From contig JBHHWG010000002.1 of NCBI GenBank assembly GCA_046756385.1, forward strand, positions 2,275 to 66,274: 64,000 nt of DNA. Reading direction: 5' to 3'. The DNA comes from Sphingomonadales bacterium (GTDB lineage: Bacteria; Pseudomonadota; Alphaproteobacteria; CAZZKF01). The notes beneath the pieces are model-generated. The model did not search any database, was not told the origin of the DNA, and saw only the letters and a list, made by a program, of their open reading frames with translations. Every line of letters starts with the position of its first letter. Positions within the stretch are counted from its first letter, which is position 1. The position numbers and the translations under genes are program-made. This document shows positions 58,397 to 64,000 of this stretch, piece by piece.

Positions 58397-59086
58397 TCAG
58401 TCCTCTATCAGGACCCCGTTGTGAAGCACAACACGGCGGTCCATCCGGTCCGCCAATTCGCTGTTGTGCGTCGCGATCAGTGCCGCGGCCCCCTGCTCGC
58501 GCACCAGCGTCAGAAGCTCCGCAAACACCAATTCCGCCGTTCTCTCGTCCAGATTGCCCGTGGGCTCGTCGGCCAGTAAAACCTTTGGATCATTGGCCAT
58601 GGCCCGCGCGATCGCGACCCGCTGCTGCTCGCCGCCGGACAACTGCGCCGGCCGATGGTCCAGCCGCTCGGCGAGGCCAAGCCTGGCCAGCATGTCGGCC
58701 GCTTTTTCACGAGCCTGATCGCGGGATTTACCGGCGATCATCTGCGGCATCACGACATTTTCGACCGCCGAGAACTCGGGCATGAGGTGGTGAAACTGAT
58801 AGACGAACCCCAGTTCATGCCGCCGGGTCACCGTGCGCCGACTTTCGCGCATCACCCCGCATGCGGAACCATCGATCCATATCTCCCCCTCGTCGGCATG
58901 TTCCAACAGCCCGACAATATGCAAGAGCGTGGATTTGCCCGCGCCCGAGGGGCCCAACAGGCCAACGATCTCCCCGGGTTTGATGGCCAGGGAAACGCCC
59001 GTCAACACTTCAAGGTCATTTGATCCCTGACGGAAGGTCCGAACTATGCCTTCGAATTTAAGCGCATCACGGTTCATGGCCATCAC
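58397..59086 (-). CDS. lolD: Lipoprotein-releasing ABC transporter ATP-binding protein LolD
   Basis: GPSGAGKST; GFVYQFHHL; LSGGEQQRVAIARA; LADEPTGNLD; ATH. Confidence 0.95.
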   Translation of the reverse strand: MMAMNRDALKFEGIVRTFRQGSNDLEVLTGVSLAIKPGEIVGLLGPSGAGKSTLLHIVGLLEHADEGEIWIDGSACGVMRESRRTVTRRHELGFVYQFHHLMPEFSAVENVVMPQMIAGKSRDQAREKAADMLARLGLAERLDHRPAQLSGGEQQRVAIARAMANDPKVLLADEPTGNLDERTAELVFAELLTLVREQGAAALIATHNSELADRMDRRVVLHNGVLIED

Positions 59087-60327
59087 TCGTACCGAAGAGC
59101 CTCAACAGGGTCGAGCCGGGCCGCGCGCCAGGAGGGATAAAATGTGGCGAGAAAGGTGAGCAGCAGTGCAATCACGGTAACCGAAATCACTTCGCCAGTA
59201 TTGACCACGGCCGGCAACTGGCTGAGGAAATAGACCTCCTCACTAAACAGGTCCGTCCCGATCAGCCCCTCAAGCGCGCGCTGGATATTCTCGATATAGG
59301 CGCAGAACAGCAACCCCACGGCGACACCGATTGCGGTTCCGGCCACACCGATACTGGCCCCGGCGATAAAGAAGACTCGCATTACCGAGCCCTGGCTCGC
59401 GCCCATGGTGCGCAGGATCGCAATGTCGCTCCCCTTGTCCTTGACCAGCATGATCAGGCTGGAGACGATATTGAAGGCCGCCACCAGGATGATCAGCGTC
59501 AGGATGATGAACATCACGTTCCGTTCAGTCTGGATCGCGTTGAAGAAGCTGGCGTTGATGCGTCGCCAATCGACGATATGGGCATTCGGTCCCGCGACCT
59601 CCATCAGGGGGACATGGAACCCGCCCGCCCGGTCGGGATCGGCGATCATCACTTCCAGCCCGCTCACCCGACCGCCGAGCCGGAAATAGAGCTGCGCCTC
59701 TTCGAGCGGCAGGAAGACAAAGCTCGAATCATACTCGTACATGCCCATCTCAAAGGTCGCGACGATCTCGTAGGAGCGCGTCCGCGGCGCGCTGCCGAAC
59801 GGCGTATAGGTGGGTTGCGGCGACACCAGTTGCACGCTGTTTCCGACTCTGAGCCCCAGTTTCTCGGCGAGTGCACCGCCGATCACGACCGCGTCACGCC
59901 CTTCGAACAATTCAAGATCACCGCCGGTGATATTGCCTGAAATGACTTCCAGCGCCGCCAGATCCGACGGGCGAATGCCGCGGGTCAAGGCGCCGGCCGC
60001 CTGGCGAGGGCCGATCGCCATCACCTGCCCTTCGACGATTGGAGTCACCGTGACGATGCCGTCGATGCTACGCGCCCGTTGCGCCAGCGCATCATAATCT
60101 TGCAAATTCTCGCCAATCCCCTGAATCATCAAATGGCCGTTAAGACCGAGTATCCGGTTCAAAAGCTCAATCCGGAATCCGTTCATCACTGCCATGACGA
60201 TGATCAGGGTCGCGACGCCCAGCATGATCCCGACCAGCGAAAAGCCGGCAATCACTGAAATCGCCCCTTCCTTGCGCCGTGCCCGCAGATACCGCGCCGC
60301 GATCATCCATTCGAAGGCCGAAAACAT
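59083..60327 (-). CDS. lolC: Lipoprotein-releasing ABC transporter permease LolC/E
   Basis: MFSAFEWMIA.RYLRARR; LGVATLIIVMAVMNGF; IAILRTMGA; YPSWRAARLDPVEALRYE; start moved to ATG 60327. Confidence 0.93.
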   Translation of the reverse strand: MFSAFEWMIAARYLRARRKEGAISVIAGFSLVGIMLGVATLIIVMAVMNGFRIELLNRILGLNGHLMIQGIGENLQDYDALAQRARSIDGIVTVTPIVEGQVMAIGPRQAAGALTRGIRPSDLAALEVISGNITGGDLELFEGRDAVVIGGALAEKLGLRVGNSVQLVSPQPTYTPFGSAPRTRSYEIVATFEMGMYEYDSSFVFLPLEEAQLYFRLGGRVSGLEVMIADPDRAGGFHVPLMEVAGPNAHIVDWRRINASFFNAIQTERNVMFIILTLIILVAAFNIVSSLIMLVKDKGSDIAILRTMGASQGSVMRVFFIAGASIGVAGTAIGVAVGLLFCAYIENIQRALEGLIGTDLFSEEVYFLSQLPAVVNTGEVISVTVIALLLTFLATFYPSWRAARLDPVEALRYE

Positions 60328-60335
60328 ATCCCCCG

Positions 60336-61649
60336 CTACCCGATCAGTTGCGACAGCGCCGCGTCCACCGACAGCTCCTGACGCTCGCCGGTCGCGCGGT
60401 TCTTGAGCTCGACCACGCCGGCCGCCAGCCCCCGGGGGCCGACCATGAGCTGCCAGGGCAACCCGATGAGATCCATATTGGCGAACTTGGCCCCGGCGCG
60501 ATCTGCCGTATCGTCGTATAGAACCTCGACACCGGCGTTTCGAAGCCTGGCATGGAGATCGTCGCAAGCCTGCACACAGGCATCGTCGCGAACCTTCAGG
60601 TTCAACAGCCCGACCTTGAACGGCGCCACCGAATCGGGCCAGATAATGCCATTCTCGTCATGGCTGGCTTCGACCACCGCGCCCACCAGACGCGACACAC
60701 CGATCCCGTAGGACCCCATTTCAAGCTGAATATCCTCGCCGTCGGGACCGGCCACCGTGGCGCCCATGGCTTTTGAGTATTTGGCGCCAAAATAGAAGAT
60801 ATGCCCGACCTCAATGCCCCGGGCCGACTTCAACCGCTCCGCCGGGACCGGGCAGTTCGCCGGGTCGTGCTGCTCGTCGGCGGCGGCGTAGAAAGAGCGC
60901 ATGCGTTCGACGAGATCGCCGTCCGCACTGGCGTTGGCCAGTTCATCGAGGCCGATCGCGCCAAGCGCTTCATCGTAAAACACCTCACCCTCGCCGGTTT
61001 TGGCGAGAACATGGAATTCATGACTCAAGTTGCCGCCGATCGCACCGGGGTCAGCCCGCACCGGCACCGCCTTTAGCCCCATTCGCGCAAAGGTACGCAG
61101 GTAAGCCGCATACATTCTGTCATAGGATCGGCACGCGCCGGCATAATCGAGATCGAACGAGTAGGCGTCTTTCATCAGGAATTCCCGACCCCGCATGACG
61201 CCAAAGCGCGGCCGGATTTCGTCGCGGAATTTCCACTGAATGTGATACAGCATCTTAGGCAGGTATCGGTAGGTCCTGACATTGTCCCGGAATATCTGAG
61301 TGATTTGCTCTTCATTGGTCGGACCATAGAGCATGTCGCGGTCGTGCCGGTCGACGATGCGCAGCATTTCCTTGCCATAGTCGTCATAGCGGCCGCTTTC
61401 CCGCCACAGGTCGGCGGGTTGAATAGTGGGCATGAGCATTTCCTGGGCACCCGCCCGGTCCTGCTCCTCGCGCACGATCTGCTCGATCTTCTTGAGCACC
61501 TTGAAACCGAGCGGCAACCAGGAATAGATTCCGGCGCTCGACTGCCGCACCATACCGGCGCGCAGCATATATCTGTGGGAAACGATTTGCGCCTCGCTGG
61601 GCGTTTCTTTCAGCGTGGGCAGGAAAAACTCTGACAGGCGCATCGACAC
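60336..61649 (-). CDS. proS: Proline--tRNA ligase (short alphaproteobacterial type)
   Basis: LW.ESGRY; GPTNEE; [26 protein letters not shown]; GIEVGHIF; [10 protein letters not shown]. Confidence 0.97.
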   Translation of the reverse strand: MSMRLSEFFLPTLKETPSEAQIVSHRYMLRAGMVRQSSAGIYSWLPLGFKVLKKIEQIVREEQDRAGAQEMLMPTIQPADLWRESGRYDDYGKEMLRIVDRHDRDMLYGPTNEEQITQIFRDNVRTYRYLPKMLYHIQWKFRDEIRPRFGVMRGREFLMKDAYSFDLDYAGACRSYDRMYAAYLRTFARMGLKAVPVRADPGAIGGNLSHEFHVLAKTGEGEVFYDEALGAIGLDELANASADGDLVERMRSFYAAADEQHDPANCPVPAERLKSARGIEVGHIFYFGAKYSKAMGATVAGPDGEDIQLEMGSYGIGVSRLVGAVVEASHDENGIIWPDSVAPFKVGLLNLKVRDDACVQACDDLHARLRNAGVEVLYDDTADRAGAKFANMDLIGLPWQLMVGPRGLAAGVVELKNRATGERQELSVDAALSQLIG

Positions 61650-61812
61650 CTCAACTCAATGATAACGGGAACTCAGGTCGCCCGGCCTCACTGTCCCGGT
61701 TCGATGAACAGCGGTCAGGTGCGACGGCTTGCTGACTTTAGAGCGTTTTCGGATCTAATGGAATCGATTTGATGGGCGGGAGCGGTTCGCCCGGCCAGGT
61801 GCAACACGGCGC

Positions 61813-62253
61813 TCAGTCGGAAGATACGGCCTTGTCCTCGCAGGCCGCCGCCAGCGCTCTTTGCTCGGGCGCGTCGAGCCGCTGACCATCGAAATAAACA
61901 TGCTCGCCCCGGACTTCGATGACGCCGATATTGGCCTGATTTCGAAACAGTGGCGAACCAGCTGGAATTCCGAATCTCTCTTCCAGATCAAGTTCGATGT
62001 CGATGGTAAACACCTGACGCGGCTTTAGTGCCGGACCCGATCCGAGATCGGCGGGCGTCACCGGGTTACCGCGCACATCCACACCCGGTTCAAACCGGAT
62101 GTCAGGCGCGGGGACGTGCCGGGTCAGAAAGCGGCAAGCCGCGTCGTCAATTCTTACCGTCACGCCGGCCCAGCCCACCGGCGACGCCGACACCGCAAGA
62201 ACCGGAATCAATGCGAAAACATACCGAAATCCGAGCAAGTGCTTCATCTTCAC
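61813..62253 (-). CDS. Exported hypothetical protein
   Basis: Signal peptide; C..L..HVP.PD....PGVDV.G.PV.PADL motif; second Cys near the C-terminus. Confidence 0.7.
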   Translation of the reverse strand: MKMKHLLGFRYVFALIPVLAVSASPVGWAGVTVRIDDAACRFLTRHVPAPDIRFEPGVDVRGNPVTPADLGSGPALKPRQVFTIDIELDLEERFGIPAGSPLFRNQANIGVIEVRGEHVYFDGQRLDAPEQRALAAACEDKAVSSD

Positions 62254-62396
62254 GACATAATTCCTCCCGGAAATCTGCGATTCTTACCCGGTCGACAGTG
62301 CATTTGTGCTATTTATGCCACATTCTGGCAGAAACGCAACGGTTGCGCCTTTTCAGGCCTGTTTCAAGCGTGACTCCTGAAAATGAATCAACTACG

Positions 62397-62592
62397 CTCG
62401 CGACAATTATAAGAAAAAACGACCCAACGTGGCGCTAAAACAACGGCCCGGAGAGGCCCAAGTTTGGGGAGGCAGCCTAATTGGGGATGATGCTCCGCCA
62501 TCGGGGGCGATAAGTCGTCGCCGGAACTAGAAGCAAGAACGCGAGCAGGAATTCCAAAAGCAAGGTTCGGAAACGAACCTTGCTTTTTTTTG
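62397..62592 (+). ncRNA. Probable trans-acting sRNA (alpha-r9/Smr9C-like by position)
   Basis: Non-coding gap, antisense to the flanking genes, ending in a strong plus-strand terminator with a 9-T tail that no plus-strand CDS explains; located upstream of proS; 5' end is a guess. Confidence 0.5.
62557..62591. terminator. Strong bidirectional intrinsic terminator
   Basis: AAAAGCAAGGTTCG-gaaa-CGAACCTTGCTTTT followed by further Ts. Confidence 0.85.
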
Positions 62593-62614
62593 TCCCTACA
62601 CATGATCCCTGCTG

Positions 62615-62869
62615 TCAGCTCGCCAGGTCGCGCAGCGAAAACAGCTCGGCTCGCACCACAAGCCAGCCCAACAGCCAAACGATGCCAGCGACCACGCTGG
62701 TTGCGGCAAGTTTGAGCCAGATCCTGGGCTTGACGGGCGCGCTGCTGATGGTGCCGGGTTCAATGCCTCCGCCGGCCTCGTCCTGCGTGGTCACTCCGAT
62801 GGGGAGCACCATGAACAGGACCAGCCACCAGATAATGGCATAAATGGCCAGCCCGCTGACCCAGCTCAT
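62615..62869 (-). CDS. DUF1467 family small membrane protein
   Basis: AIY.IIWWLVLF.VLPIGV.TQ.E.....PGT..SAP..P....K...T. Confidence 0.88.
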   Translation of the reverse strand: MSWVSGLAIYAIIWWLVLFMVLPIGVTTQDEAGGGIEPGTISSAPVKPRIWLKLAATSVVAGIVWLLGWLVVRAELFSLRDLAS

Positions 62870-63279
62870 TTTTCGCCGATCTGTTCGAGTTCGATAAGGG
62901 TGCCGTTGAAATCCCTGGGTGACAAAAACAGCACCGGATTCCCGTGGGCGCCGATCTTCGGCTCACCATCGCCGAGCACCGCCATCCCGGCCCCGACAAG
63001 CCGGTCCCGGGCAAGCGCGACATCATCGACCTCATAGCAGATGTGATGCATGCCGCCATTGGGATTGCGCGCCAGGAATTTCGCGACCGGAGACCCCTCG
63101 CCCAACGGCTGCATCAGCTCGATCTTGGAATTGGGCAGGTCGACGAAAACCACGCTGACGCCGTGCTCGGGCAGCGCCACCGGCGCGGAGACCTTGGCGC
63201 CCAGTGTTTCAGCATAAGTCCGGGCGGCCTGACCCAGGTCAGGCACCGCGATTGCGACATGATTGAGACGGCCGATCAT
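62866..63279 (-). CDS. mce: Methylmalonyl-CoA epimerase
   Basis: MIGRLNHVAIAVPDL; PEHGV.VVFV.L.N.KIEL; GGMHHICYEV; GAHG.PVLFL.P.DF.GTLIELEQ. Confidence 0.95.
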   Translation of the reverse strand: MIGRLNHVAIAVPDLGQAARTYAETLGAKVSAPVALPEHGVSVVFVDLPNSKIELMQPLGEGSPVAKFLARNPNGGMHHICYEVDDVALARDRLVGAGMAVLGDGEPKIGAHGNPVLFLSPRDFNGTLIELEQIGEK

Positions 63280-63320
63280 CTGTCCTTCTCCCCTTTTGGG
63301 CGGGCACCCGGCCGACCGTG

Positions 63321-63998
63321 TCAGGTCGCGGGCTTCACCTTCAGTCTGATTACCTGCACCTCAGCTATCGGCTTCTTGCCTGTCATCAGGCGGCATGTCC
63401 GCCGCGCCGCGATACGAGCGGTCTCGCCGACCGCGTCGTCGGATCTTGCCTGTTTGCCGCCCAGACCGGCCAACGCGGCTTCGATTGCCTGCTGGACGGC
63501 AATAATGATCTCGCTGGAATCGCCTTCCCAGGGAACGCCCATCATGGTCACCCGCGGCTCGCTCAGCAGCCGGCACTTGGCATCAACCGCCAGACTGACC
63601 GATATATGGCCATTATACATGAGCCGCCGACGCTCAACCATCGCCTGGCCATCCGAGTGCACGATCCGGGTTCCGTCGACCACCAGGCGATCGACGGACA
63701 GTTGTTCGACTATTCGGGCGCCGTCACGGCACAGCTCCACCAGCGAGCCGTTTTCCGGCACGATCGTTGTCGGCACTTGCAGCATTTTCGCGAACTTGGC
63801 ATGTTCGACCAGATGGCGTCCTTCGCCATGAACCGGAACCGCTATTTGCGGCCTCACCCACTGGTACATGTCGGCCAGCTCGTCGCGACAGGGATGACCT
63901 GAGACATGCACCGCATGGTCTTGCTCGGTGATCACCTGGACACCGCAGTGGACGAGCTGATTGTACAGCGCATAAATCGCCCGCTCGTTGCCCGGAAT
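63321..63998 (-). CDS. rnj: Ribonuclease J (5'-truncated by window edge)
   Basis: Frame open to the window end; IPGNE; HVSGHP; VPVHGE.RH; ERRRL..NG; GKKP. Confidence 0.93.
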   Translation of the reverse strand: MPGNERAIYALYNQLVHCGVQVITEQDHAVHVSGHPCRDELADMYQWVRPQIAVPVHGEGRHLVEHAKFAKMLQVPTTIVPENGSLVELCRDGARIVEQLSVDRLVVDGTRIVHSDGQAMVERRRLMYNGHISVSLAVDAKCRLLSEPRVTMMGVPWEGDSSEIIIAVQQAIEAALAGLGGKQARSDDAVGETARIAARRTCRLMTGKKPIAEVQVIRLKVKPAT

Positions 63999-64000
63999 CT

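Noticed and set aside
60336-61649. Short ProRS lacking the full editing domain
   Set aside because: Normal for Alphaproteobacteria
1-64000. tRNA/rRNA genes, transposases, integrases, prophage and defence systems
   Set aside because: No cloverleaf or rRNA signatures and no recognisable mobile-element or defence proteins in the ORF track

Overview
GC-rich alphaproteobacterial chromosome segment with Caulobacter/Rhodospirillales-like gene content. (1) 1-25.8 kb is a flagellar region: flgA(partial)-flgH, dksA, fliX and flgI-flgJ-flgN-like, then a ~14 kb flagellin glycosylation island. The island has a core pseudaminic acid pathway (pseB/C/G/H/I) plus two extra oxidoreductase + aminotransferase + SpsF-type cytidylyltransferase cassettes and an HP-motif GT-B protein. 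It is followed by three short flagellins with sigma54 promoters and FlbD-type (ftr-like) enhancers, flaG, flaF, flbT and a TPR/GT-B FlmG-like glycosyltransferase. (2) 25.8-34.3 kb holds a MoxR/VWA pair and an accessory islet: an unassigned 532-aa secreted protein behind an elaborate regulatory region, two more exported hypotheticals and copA. (3) 34.3-64 kb is housekeeping: moaC-moeA-lexA, comEC, gltX, gltA, an internally deleted gloA, fabZ-skp-bamA-rseP-dxr-cdsA-uppS-frr-pyrH-tsf-rpsB, NUDIX, dnaE, lolD/lolC, proS, a probable sRNA, mce and partial rnj. The lipid A genes that usually flank fabZ (lpxD, lpxA, lpxI, lpxB) are absent here. No rRNA, tRNA, CRISPR array, transposase or integrase was recognised. 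All calls come from reading motifs and synteny by eye; no database searches were run.
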